Source of the DNA: Cenococcum geophilum
Lineage: Eukaryota
Reading direction: 5' to 3'
Length of the DNA: 64,000 bases
Assembly (NCBI GenBank): GCA_050273025.1
Contig: CP158635.1
Coordinates: 14,508,001-14,572,000, forward strand
Part shown: piece by piece, positions 1-11,808 of the stretch
Numbering within the stretch: position 1 is the first letter of the stretch
Layout of the letters: each line of letters starts with the position of its first letter
Made by a program: the position numbers and the translations under genes
The notes under the pieces: model-generated
Databases searched by the model: none
What the model saw: the letters and a program-made list of their open reading frames with translations, nothing else
What the model was told of the DNA's origin: nothing

Positions 1-2302
1 TATCCTTCCTATTTATTAGTTTAGTGTGGCGTCCGATATCCCTAGCTTTCCTTTATAGCTTTGTAGGGTTCTCTATAGGGAACTTAGCTAGGTCACTACC
101 AACTTCCTAGGTCTTTGGTGTAGGTGGCGTAATATAGGTAGTTTAAGGGCGGCGTAGTATATGGATCCGTTATGGGTTAAGCTATACGTCCTTCTTAAAG
201 GCCTGGTCTCTGCGTATAGCATCGGCCTGGTAAATAGTATTAATCTAGGGCCGTATAAGGTTTTCTATTATAATGCTAATTTTTTTTATAAAGGAAGGGG
301 TCAGGGGTAGAGTTTTGGGCTAGATAAGCCGTTTACTCCGTACTTTAAGCTGCAAGCCTAAATAGGCTAGCTATTTTCTTCCTAAGATTATATCGTGGCT
401 TTTTAAGTCCGTAATGAGAAAGGGGACGTTATACTACCTTCGTCCGTTAACGCGGAGGTGGATCTGTAAGATAGTTATAATAGGTAGCCCTATCCGTCTG
501 TTATAACCGCAAATAGGGATTAGTTTGGGCAGTTCTTTAAGGGGTACATTTAAAAAGTCAGCCAGTTTTATAGCGCACTTTGTGTTAATTAAGGTAAAGG
601 CATTTGCTCCTAAGTTAGCTAAAGCAGAGGTTAAAACTTAATATCTATTGCAAAATAAAGTATAAGGGATAGTGCAGCTTCTTCCACTAACTAGCTAACC
701 TAGATTAATATGTAATATATCAATCCCTTTTAACCCTAGAGAGGAGTCTTCCTCTAGGGTTCCTCTTTTTCTGGCTTTATACTATCCTCCTAAATTAATA
801 AGACCTTGTTTATTCTTACCTTTATCGGGCAGTTCCTTATAGGGTGGCCTATTTAACCGTATAAAAAGCAAGCTCCTTAATTACTAAGGGCCTATATATA
901 GGGGTTACTATATATAGGCCGGGTATACACCGGGCCTATAGTAGGGGTAGCTACGCGGCTAGCTACTGGGTTAGTTATAGGAGTTGCCGATTATACCAGG
1001 GCACTATAGGCCGTATTTATAGTACTTACGGCCTAGTTTATAAGGTTTCTAGTTTTTAGCTAGTTAGCGCGTGCCTTAATTTAACGGAGGCCTTAGTTAA
1101 TAGCTAGGCAATAGTCCATAAGTTCCTTTAACGTCTATGCCGTAGTATAAGCTAGTAATACGGCCCGCTATAGGTTTAGGGTAAGCTTATTAAAGAGGTC
1201 TGGTAGTAGGTTTTCCTAGGGGATCTAGGCCTGTCTGGCCAGGTATAGAAAGCGGGTTTAGAAGGCCAAAAAGGTCTCCGTTATTTTTATATTTAGGCTT
1301 TTATAGCTAAGGCGGGCGTTTTATACTTTAAAAGGGTCTTTATAAATAGAGGATAAGTATTTAATTATTTCTTCTTTAGAGATAAAGGGGTCTATTAAGT
1401 CTTCTATGTATTGCGGGCGTAAATACGTCTGGGCGTCTCCGCTAGTACGGCCGAAGATATAGGCTATTCTGGCTTAGGCGTTAGGGAAGTGGTCTGTATT
1501 AACTTTAAGCTTATCCCGTAATTAAAGCTTCTAATTATTAAATATAGGGTCGGTTCTATCTATAAGTAGTAGGGGGTCCGCGACCTTTACTGACCGCTTT
1601 AGTGCTATATAGGCCTTAGTAGATCCACTAAGGCGCTAGGATAGGGCCTAAAGGACTATAGTAAGTCTTCAGTTGTCTAATAATGACTTATTATTAGATA
1701 TAGGGGTATCTCTAGCTTTAAGCAGCTCTCACAATTGTTTAATTTCGGTATTAGTAGCCGCAAGCTCCGCCTAGGGGGTTAAAACGTTAATTGTTTCTTT
1801 ATCTGAAGTATTTAAGGGTCCTACAGCTGCTTTACCTGCTGCTGTGGTTTGTGGCATAGTAGTAGGGGTATTGGGTAATTTTGGGTAATTTCTTTAGGGG
1901 TTCTGGTCTATATATGTCTTATAGGTCCTTTTCTTAGGGTTCTGTTCTTTTCTTTTAGGTCCTATCCTTGTGGTCTTAGTAATATCCTTAGGGTCCTATT
2001 CTGTGTTCTTATAGATATATTTAAGTTCCTTCTTAGGAAGAAAGAGTAGAGTAAGCTTTAGATAATATTAGCGACTTAGTTAATCGAGATATAAGCACGG
2101 TAAAAGGGTCGCGCAAGCCTATACGATTGGATTGTCTATAAACGAGAATCTAAAGCTAAAGAAAGGAAAGGAGAAGAAGGGGAGCGCCGCTCGAAGCTAT
2201 ATACGATCTTCGCGTCACGTGACCGCAATATGCGGCAATCTGTGGCAACTTGCCGGTGCGTAGTTCTGCCAAGTTCTGCCAAGTTCTGCCAGTGCCGTAA
2301 CA
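1..2302 (-). mobile_element. Ty3/Gypsy LTR retrotransposon, 5' part (5' LTR, gag, protease), RIP-degraded; continues off the left edge
   Basis: LTR about 2066-2302; the minus strand starts TGTTACGGC. The minus strand near 585-630 reads SALA(D)(S)GANAFTLI, an aspartic protease motif with RIP changes. Stops are frequent TAA/TAG. Confidence 0.8.
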
Positions 2303-2889
2303 ATATCTATACTCTAGTGCGGCTAAAGTTAAGGTAATACTTATAGAGAGGCATAACTATATAGACGGGGGCGGTAGTATAGCTGTAGTAATATTTGCCT
2401 AGCTTTAAATGGCTAACTATAGGCTTCTGCTTTATACGGTAGGGAAGGGGGGAAAGGGAGGTAGCTATCTCTTAGTTATATTTAATGTATTTAACCGTTC
2501 TTAATAGCTTTTATTTAGCGTTTAAGACGTATAAGGGTCTCTTTTAGTTTCTTTCTAGTAGGCTATTTAAAAGCCGTTTTAATATACTTTAACACTAAAT
2601 TAAAGAAGGGCTTATATACCCTATACAGAAGGGCCTTCCCGTCTATTTTTTTTATGCGGCGGAGCGCTAAATTTAAAAAATCTCGGCAATTTTAACCGTT
2701 ATGGTTTGGGTTAGCGCGTCCTACTTTAGGCCACTAACCCTTCTTTTTGGCTATCTCCGGATATTAAATAATAGCTAGAGGGCTTGCAAGAAGAATATAG
2801 CTTAAATTAAAACGCTAGGGGTTATGGTTGTAGAGTTATTTTAAAAATTTAATTTTTGTAAAGATTTATATTTTTTAAATAGTAATAAC

Positions 2890-3480
2890 TATTACGGAGT
2901 AAGTATAAGTGATAATAATATATATAAACTGTGTAATAAAGTTAAGACGTTATATAAGGAAAGAAGGTAGGAAAACGGGAAGAAAGAGTATATATTATTA
3001 GCTTAGTTACTTAGTTAATATATATATAGAGCAGGATAGGATTTAGGAAGTAGTCCTAGCAAAACTAAGTAAGACTTAGTAGAACTTAGTAAAATATAGC
3101 AGGATTTAGTAGAACTTGGCGGAATATAGTAAAATATAGCAGATTGCCGTTAGATTGCCGTAGATTACTATCTTATAGTTGGTCTCTAGTTGCTAAGTTA
3201 GTAGAAATAGGTAAACGTGTATAAGGTATTACGGGAGTATCCTATAATAGTACCCCCCCTTTAAACTTAAGCTTCTGCGAGATAGCTTTAGGGGCTATAT
3301 ACTAGAAAGCTCTACGTATACCTCTACTAACGCCGAATTAGGGTATATGGTATTAATAGAGAGGATTTCTATAGTCCTTTAGAGTTCGTAGGAGCTCTAT
3401 TAGGCTAGTTTTAAAGGGGTCTTTTTTAGGCGATTGCATCGTGTTATTGTTTTTGTATTAACAGGATAATAAGACACTAT
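2890..3480 (-). mobile_element. 3' LTR (2890-3249) plus polypurine tract and short internal remnant of a Gypsy-type element
   Basis: Ends TATTACGG...CCTATAATA are RIP forms of TGTTACGG...CCGTAACA. It is followed by GTACCCCCCCTTT (reverse-complement PPT), a flank resembling the one at 20342. The inner boundary is approximate. Confidence 0.6.
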
Positions 3481-4200
3481 AGTTAGCTTTAGCGTAGTAT
3501 ATATATAATATAAGCATTTATAAAGTACTGTTTAGGGTAAAAGTAAATAACCCCTAGAACATTAAGGACATTATTCCTAAAAAGGAGGCACTAGCGGCAT
3601 CTAAGAGAATTAAGTAAATAAGAATTCGTAGAAAAGAACTTAAGAAGTATTTACTAGACGCCTAAGCCGTATAAAAAGGGTCCTATAATAAAAAATATAT
3701 ACTAAAGGAATTTGAGATAGGAGACGAAGTCTTACTATTTATAAAAAAAAATCTAAATAAAACGTATTAAGAAGAAACTAAATCACTAACAGCTTAGACC
3801 CTTTAAAATAGTTAGGAAAACTAAAGGAAATTAAGCCTATAAATTAGAATTGCCGAAATTATATCTAATATATTCTATATTCTATGCTTCCTTATTAAAG
3901 CTATACTAGAGAAAAGATAGTGCAAAACTGCCCCTACCTAGTAAGGTATATAGGGAACTAGAATAGAATATAGAAGATATTTTAGACCAAAGACAGCGTT
4001 AAAAGAAGTGTAAAAATTTAGTTTATTAGGAAGGATACTTTTAAGTGTATAATAGTTAGGAACCTAAAGAGTACCTTTAGCTAGGATATAATATAGTAAT
4101 TAAAACCTTCCTAAGAACTAAAATAGAAGATTTAATAACAGTTCCGGATATACCATAAACAAGATAATAAAAAAGACCCTATAAATTAAAACTATAAAGT
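3481..4200 (+). mobile_element. Gypsy pol 3' fragment: integrase C-terminus and chromodomain, RIP-degraded
   Basis: Plus-strand translation gives EFEIGDEVLL (3708), QL(G)PFKIV...AYKLELP and (H)SIF(H)ASLLK. The chromodomain reads E(W)N(V)EDILDQR...V(H)(W)EGY...NS(W)EP at about 3961-4070. Confidence 0.75.
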
Positions 4201-5759
4201 TAAACATAGGCATTAAGAATAAAAACGTTTCGCCATTATAACAGGGGTCCTAAAATCCTATAAAAGAAAGCCTATAGGGATCTATATAAGAACCACTAGG
4301 GATACTATTTAAAGAAGACGCTATTTAAGAATAAGTAGTAGTACTAAAAAAAAGAAACCCTAGGAATAAAAGAAGAGTATCTAGTCTAGCATTAGAGATA
4401 TATAGAAGAGTTAATAGTATAAATAGGAGTAAAGGGGCAGCCTATAAAGAATTAGAAATTTTAAGAAATTATAAAGTACTTATAGGAATATTACCTGTTT
4501 ATTATATACGGGGATTATAGTAGTAAACTGCTTCTATATAAACTATTACCAAAGCTTAAAGTAAAGGCATCCCTAAAATATAGAGTTAATTTCTAATATT
4601 AGGCCATTCTAGAGGTACTAGAGAGGCACTATAAAAAGCTATTCTATAAGAAGAAGGAAAGAATAAAAGAATAACTTAAATACTAGAAGTAGTAATAGGA
4701 GCCTTCTCTTCTATCTTAACGTTATTATTAGTAGTATTATTAGCACTCTTATCCCTAAAAGTATTAGCACTTTTACTAATATTTTTTATATATAATAAAA
4801 ACTAGATGGACTACTACGGGAGGGGGGGGGGGGGGGGGACTAACGGGAAGAACGTTTATCTCTACTTTTATTACTATCCTTAGTATTATCTCTAGGTTTC
4901 AAATTGGTATCTAGGTAGGAATTAAAAAGCTATTAGCTAAAAAGTTAGTATAGTTCCTAAACGTATTACTAAGGAGACCTCCCTACTTAAATAGTTTTCT
5001 TCTTTATAGTAAATCTTAGAATATAATTAGAGTTAATCTATTAGGCAACCTACTCTACTAGTTATACTTATATTATTAACTTTCCTATTTACCTATATAC
5101 CTAGCCTATTAATAAGTCTACCGTAGTATTTTCTATAAGGCTTTATTATAAGAGGCTTTTTAATAGAATTTTAATTGTTTTAAAGGTCCTAATTATCCTA
5201 ATAGGCTTCTACTAGGATCTTTAATTTTTCTAATTATCCTATTAGGGCCCTATTAGGGTTCTAGTAGAAAACTAATATTTTTTAATAATTTTAATAAAAA
5301 ACTAGTATTTCCTAATTATCCTAGTAAGTTCCTAGTAAGATACCCCCTAAACAATACCCCTCCCTTAAAGCAATACCTATATATACCCCTTAAGCAATAC
5401 CCCTTAATATAATCACTCCCCTTTAGATACGCGCGTGCGCGCAATATATAGTACTATTAGGCGCGATATATAATGCTATTAGATTCTAGAGCTAAACAAC
5501 TATTACTAAAACTAGACGACTGTTATTAGAACTAGATAACAACCTTTTAAATAACTAGCTAGCGAATACTACGAACGATTTAATTAATTAATTAATTGAA
5601 TTTAATATTGGTCTATTACCAAATCAAATTAAGGCCTCCTAGGGAGGCAGCCTAGATAACTACTGTTTAAATATACAGCTAGCGAACGGCTATAGAACAC
5701 GATCTGGATTAATTAGAGCCCTTAATTGGGCCAACCTCTTTCCCAAATTATAGATATAG

Positions 5760-5870
5760 ACAGGTAGGTATAGATAGGTAGGTATAATAGGCATAGGTAG
5801 GTATAAATAGGCAGAATAGGCAGAATAGGCAGAATAGGCAGGATAGGCAGGCAGGTAGGCAGTCAGGCAC
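5760..5870. repeat. Degenerate AGGT/AGGC and AGAATAGGC simple repeats
   Basis: Visible tandem runs such as aggtaggta, (ggcagaata)x3 and aggcaggcagg. Confidence 0.8.
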
Positions 5871-6150
5871 TAGGCCTAGTTAGGAAATTAGTATACAGCC
5901 GGCGGATTATTAGAAACACCGCTGATTGGTAATTTAGAGCCTCCGCGAGAAGCTCCTTAGTTAATTGCTTAACGCCCAACCAATTATAGAGCTCTATAAT
6001 AGATATAGGCAGTAGGTAGAAAAGATTTATTTAGATTATTTAGATTATATATAATTAAATTAATTATATATATATATATATTTTTAACTAGCTATAAATA
6101 CTAGAGTGCTAGTATACCTTATTTTTAAATTTAGAATTTTTATTTGTTAT

Positions 6151-6258
6151 CCTAATAGTCCTAATAGTCCTAATGGTCCTAGAGGTCCTAGAGGTCCTAG
6201 AGGTCCTAATAGTCCTAAAGGTCCTAGAGGTCCTAGAGGTCCTAATAGTTCTAATAGT
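6151..6258. repeat. 9-bp minisatellite (CCTAGAGGT/CCTAATAGT) x12
   Basis: Twelve consecutive 9-mers read directly from the sequence. Confidence 0.9.
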
Positions 6259-6847
6259 CCGGGCGACCTCCTAATAGGTTCCTAATAAAATGCTAAATAT
6301 AAGTGTTTTTTAAAGCTCCTAATAGCCCTAATAGGAGCTATTAGGAGCTGTTAGTACTATTAGAAGACGGAAATATTTTGCTAATAGTCGCCCTATATTA
6401 CGATCTTTTACTTAGCGTTACTATTACGGACCTTATATTAGTAGTAGTACGACTAATTAGGGAAAATATAAATGGACTACTAATAGAAGCGCGGGAGGCG
6501 CTAGAACTAGTTAAACTATAGAATAATAGGTAGCTAAAGTTAATTATATAATGGGTTATAGGACTAGTTTAGAATATAGGAATATAAAAACGTAGAAATA
6601 TAGAAACACGATATACCGACATTCTAACGTACTAAAGTACTTAGCATATTTCCTAGGAGTTAGGTTATATATTTAGAGGACTATAGTCTCTCCCTTAGCT
6701 AGTTCTCTCTTTATAGTAAATCTTAGAATATAATTAAAGTTAATCTATTAGGTACTTTATAGTAAAGCTTACTTACCTTATTCTATTTATATACCTAACC
6801 TACTAATAAGTCTACTATAGTATTTACTATCCCTTATATTAATAATA

Positions 6848-7826
6848 TTTATTTATTACTTAACGTCCAATTTAAATCCCTATTAGGCCTATGCTAACTA
6901 CTCCTTATACATATATAGGGAGAAAACCCTATTTAAGAAAACTCTATAATCTATCTCCCTGCCTTTTAAAACTTACCTACTTAACGCCTCTAAGTTACCT
7001 ATAGTGCTCTACTACCTTACTTTTTAACCTTTTTAAGAACTACTACTGCTGTAATAAGTCTACGGACCCGCTAGTATTGTAAACTTTACGCTACTACTGT
7101 AGAGTTATTAAGGGGCGCCAAATACTCGCCCCTTTACCTTTTATTACCATTTCCTTTACAATCTAAAACTAGTTTAGTATAATTTAGCTAATAAGCTACT
7201 GGATAACCACCTTAAGACCTTTTATATTAAGAGTAGTATATTATAGTTCTCTATATTAGCTTTTAAAGTATTGCCTCTTAGTTAATATATAAGGGATATA
7301 ACAGTATTACGTATTTAGTGTCTGTCTTAGCCAGCTATATTTACACCTTAGGCTACTTACTAGGATATCCACCCAGTAAAGCTAATTTTTTAGTCTTATT
7401 ATTCCTGCCCTTAAGAGTATTGCTATTATATTTTCTACTTTTATTAGGCCTTTTTAAAGCCCTTAGGTATTTACCTCCTATAGTATTAACTACGCTATAC
7501 CTTAGATTCCTCTTACCTAAATTAACCTCTATACCTTTAACTTATATATACCTCTCTAGCGTTAGTCTAACTAGTATTATATTATAGTAAATAGTTTCTT
7601 AGTATTCTTTTATACTCTACTTTAGCTCCTTTCTCTCTCTTACTATTATCTTTACTAGCCTCTTACGCGTCCCCCTTTCTTCTCTATATAGGCCTAGGCC
7701 CTAATATAGCACTATTCTTCTTCTACCTTCTCTATCTATTTTTCTAATATATCTTCCCTACTTTAGGGTTATTAGTTTATTCTCCTATAGGATACCCTAA
7801 GATCCCCCTCTAGTTTATTTAGGCGT
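6848..7826 (-). mobile_element. 3' fragment of Tad1-like LINE family L1 (same family as 43171-47025), RIPed
   Basis: Colinear with about 43185-44170; the antisense ORFs 7318-7587 and 43658-43864 are near-identical. An AAAT-type tail lies at the left end. Confidence 0.85.
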
Positions 7827-7829
7827 AAT

Positions 7830-8482
7830 TAAAGCGGCATTTATAGAGACTAGCCTTTACCTATTTAATAAACTACCTTTACTACCTAAGGCTACACTAG
7901 AGAAGGACCTATAGTTAATAACTATTAATATTATAACACTAAAAACACTTAGGTAGGCAAGCAACCTAGCTTAATATATTAGGCTAGATTAGGAGAAGTA
8001 GGAGAATAAGGACCTAAATAAGGTTATATAGAAATATATATACGGAGTAGAGATTTAGCTTTAGGTATTTAGATCTCTTAAATAGCAGCTAAAAGAGACT
8101 AAGGCTAAGAATAAGCAACGCTAAAAGCAGAAGGCTAACGCTAGAAAGGTTATATAGAAGTTTAGGGTAATTACAGTTACAGAAGGTCGTTTACTGGCTA
8201 AAAAGAGAAAGATAGCCAAAAAAAAAAGCTCGTAAATAAGCGTAAAAAGCGGGCTAAAATACTAATACCAGAGCCTAAGACTCCTAATAACTCTAAGAAT
8301 AAATATAGTAAATGGGATAAAGCGCGTAAGCGGCAGGAAGACTTATAATTATTACTGTAGTGTACTATAGAATTGATTCTTTTAAACCCTGGCGATTGAG
8401 CTGTCCTGGCGATCCCTTCGTCTGGCAGAAGTCACTTTTCGTATTGGGCGCTTTTGGCGCTTTTGCTTGGGTTAGCATGCTG
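7830..8482 (+). mobile_element. Probable 3' end of a pogo/Tc1-mariner-type DNA transposon
   Basis: The plus strand reads a Lys/Arg-rich stretch ...KANARKV(V)(Q)KF(G)VITVTEGR, resembling fungal pogo transposase C-termini. It ends ...GCATGCTG|TA with a doubled GGCGCTTTT subterminal repeat. The partner TIR was not found. Confidence 0.4.
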
Positions 8483-10410
8483 TAGGCACCCTAGCTAGCG
8501 CGATTTTATTAGCAAAGCCCACTAAAACACCTTAACATTGCGATGCCGACAAAATGATGCCAAAGGCTACTACTAAAAACACCTAATATATATTATTTTT
8601 GAGGAAGTTAAGTAAAAAGTTGTAATGTATGACGTTACGGTTGTACGTTTCTACCTTTCTTCTATTAACTAGCTGCTAATTATATAGGAAAATCCTCCAT
8701 TAGAGTCCTCTAAAGTATTACTACCTATATACTTTATACGCGTTCTTAACGTTAATAAGGATAAGCTAATAGAGGAATAGCTTAAGGTTATAAGGGAAGA
8801 CGTGTTATACACGTTAAATAAAATAGGTTAGGTATTGTAGGTAGTTAAACGGTTTAACTAGTAATTATTTAGTATAGAGGCCCAATTAGAGGCAGTAGAG
8901 GAGGGCTTAAAGGAGGCTAAAAAAGACGCTGCGGCAAAGGCTTAATTAGCTTAAAAGTCTTAATATTAGAGGCTTAAGAAAGTAGAGGATTAAAAATAGT
9001 TACCTAATTATCGCCTATTAAGTAAAAGTTGTTAAAGCACTAAAGGTATAAAGGAAGCCTATAAACCTTGCATTTATATACTATTCGCCTTATTTTTACT
9101 ATAAACTTCTTTACCTCCTTCTATCTACACATCTAGCATCTTAGTAAGCCCTTATAGCCATGCTTCTTTATAAAGCCTTTAATACAGCAATAAGTTCGCG
9201 TTTTACACTATTAAATCGCAGGTAGTAGGGTTTTAGTAGTAATATAGGTAGTCTTTTAATTTGTTTTAATATTTCTATAACCAGGCCTAACACCAGGTTA
9301 ATATTGCCTATATTTTAGTAAGGAGTTTAAACAAAAAAGGCGCTTAGTATCTTGCTTATTTATGCCCATCTACTATCTACCTATAATAATAAAGTTCTAT
9401 ACTAATTATATACGGAAGCAGCGATAAGTTTAAAGGAAGTACTTACTTAATATCTAAAAGATCTTCTTACTAATAATATAGGCGTTAATTATAGCCGTAT
9501 TAAGCGCCTAAAATAATAAGGGTATCTAGGTACACATAGTAGTAATCTAGGTGGCATAGTAGCTTCAAAGTTAATTATGGATATTAACGCCACCTATTTA
9601 GTTATTGTAGTCGATAGAGAGCCTAGAAAGTATTAACTTCTTAATTAGATTATTACCCTAAATATTAGCTACTAGCTTCTTAAGGAAGGAATTATATACT
9701 CGCGGTTAATGCTAATTAACTTTATTAACATCCTTATTACTATATAAGTAAACTATTATTGAAAACCGTACTAAATTCTTGTCCTGCTATATAATTAAAA
9801 GTACTAAATTAACTACGCTGACGACTACTCCTATAATAAAGTTAAACGGTAGCCTTTCCTTCCTTTTATTAGCCCTTTTATACACCTCCAGATAGTCCTT
9901 TAAGTTTAATTAAGCTATGCCAGCTATAGCAATTCCGAGTTATTAAAACACCTAGAGCAACGGAATATTTATAAAGTAGTTATCTAAAAATAGGCAAAAT
10001 CAACAAGCCTAAAGAGGAAGTTATTAGGTAAGGTAGATAATACACTTAAAGGTATTTAAGAGAACGATATCTTAATAATCTGTTTAAGGAGAAAGCCTAA
10101 AAAAGCAGCTAAGTAAGGTAAATATAAAGCTATAGCAATATCCATATTAACAAAGGCTTATTATCTTAAAGCCCTTAGGTACTAGCTTATTAGGCAATTT
10201 AATTATAGCTATAGATTATCTAGTAAACCTTACTATTATTTTATTAAAGCTAACTATAGATCTAGGTATAACGTACTTTCTAAACGCCTTATCTAAAGGA
10301 GTTATTAACGGCTTAATTTTCTTAAAGACCTAACGTTTAACGCCCTCTAGTGGAGGTAGTAAGATATAGAAGAAGCACTTAAGTTACTCCTATCTTTTTT
10401 GGCCTATAAA

Positions 10411-10856
10411 TGTAACGTGGCCCGCCTCCACGTCGCCATACGGCCAAAAAGACTGAGAGTGCTTGCGAACTTGTCGCAAGCGCGGCGGGACCTAATATAT
10501 ATACTCTTACAATTGCCCTCTCCTCTGCGCGCTCGTCCCCGAGCGCTCGCAGGGATTCCTCTGTGCGCCCGTTCGGGCCTCCACAGGGATTAAACGCCAA
10601 GAGTATCACCATATTAGTTAGTCCCCAGTAACGTAAGCAATTGGACTCAGCCAACCCGCCTCATCGCACGGATGTGTGTTAGACTGTACCAGAGCGAAGT
10701 AACCGATAGGGATCAAACCCACGACACCTGGCCCCAGTAAGTTCGCAAGCACAATTGTAACGTGGCCCGCCTCCACGTCGCCATACGGCCAAAAAGACTG
10801 AGAGTGCTTGCGAACTTGTCGCAAGCGCGGCGGGACCTAATATATATACTCTTACA
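10411..10856 (-). mobile_element. TRIM (terminal-repeat retrotransposon in miniature), 446 bp, no visible RIP
   Basis: Two identical 101-bp LTRs TGTAA...TTACA (10411-10511, 10756-10856). 5-bp TSD ATAAA (10406-10410, 10857-10861). PPT AGAGGAGAGGG on the minus strand next to the left LTR. The 244-bp interior is non-coding. Confidence 0.95.
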
Positions 10857-11808
10857 ATAAATAAGCTAATTAAGTGTTTAGGATATTTAGGATTTATAGC
10901 CTAAAGATCTTAGACCTAAGTACCTTTAAAGACGCCTATATAGATAATAAGCTCTACCTAAATCATTAATTTACTAGCAGAGGTCTCCTTCTATGTCCGT
11001 AATTGTTTACCCGTATATTATCCTAATTAGTAATATCCGCTAGCATTCTAAAAGGCTATATATAGGTTCGTATTAATTACAAGCTTCTTAAATACACTAA
11101 CACTAAAGAATAGTAGAAATACTTAAATTAGCAGGTCTTATCTAAATCTATACCTATTAAACGCCATACTAATCTAATTTACTAGCGTATAGTAAGCAGA
11201 GCGCTTACTATCCTTATTTTAATTAGGAAGGTTATTAGATTTAACGTCCGCATTAACGCCGCTAATAGGCTTACTAGTACGCTAAGCGGCGAATATTAAC
11301 TTATCTGGAAGGTTAATAACCTTAAAATCTAGTTTAGGAATAGCGGCTATAGGCTCCCATAAAGTAGGAATAGCAGAAAGGCCTATTCTTTTAACTTCTT
11401 CAGCTAACAGCTCTAGTAGTTTAGTCTTATCTACCTTATCTACCTTATCCTTAGTAGTCTCGCCATAGGGCTTAAAAACGGCTTATAATTCGTTCTTAAT
11501 ATTTTCCATCTAGCTGCTTAGCCAAGCCTCCATAATATTCTTACTTAGCACCGCCGCCTACTATATAGCTACTAAAGCCTTTAGAGGCTATATAACTACT
11601 ACTAACAAGTTATCGTGTATATACTGCGTTGCTTAGAAGGATTATAAATAGGACTCCTAGGTATAAAGTACCTTTAGAGGCTTTAGAGGCCTTAAAGGCT
11701 TTAGAGCTAAAGACGCATAACGTTTTCTAGGTAGCATAAGAACGATATTTTGCTAACAATTTAAGGGCCAAATAGATGGCAACAATAATAAAGCTTTTTA
11801 ATTAACTA

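Noticed and set aside
7318..7587. Hydrophobic Leu/Tyr-rich ORFs (also 43658-43864, 24886-25077, 25258-25491, 45534-45767, 46776-47027) that look like small membrane proteins
   Set aside because: They are antisense frames of RIPed LINE ORF2; the composition is a RIP artefact.
10379..10824. Short ORFs over the TRIM, and a possible Cassandra-like 5S rRNA segment (CATACGGCCA; GCAGGGATTC)
   Set aside because: The ORFs use alternative starts, cross element boundaries and have no gag motifs. The 5S similarity is only about 10 nt and not colinear.
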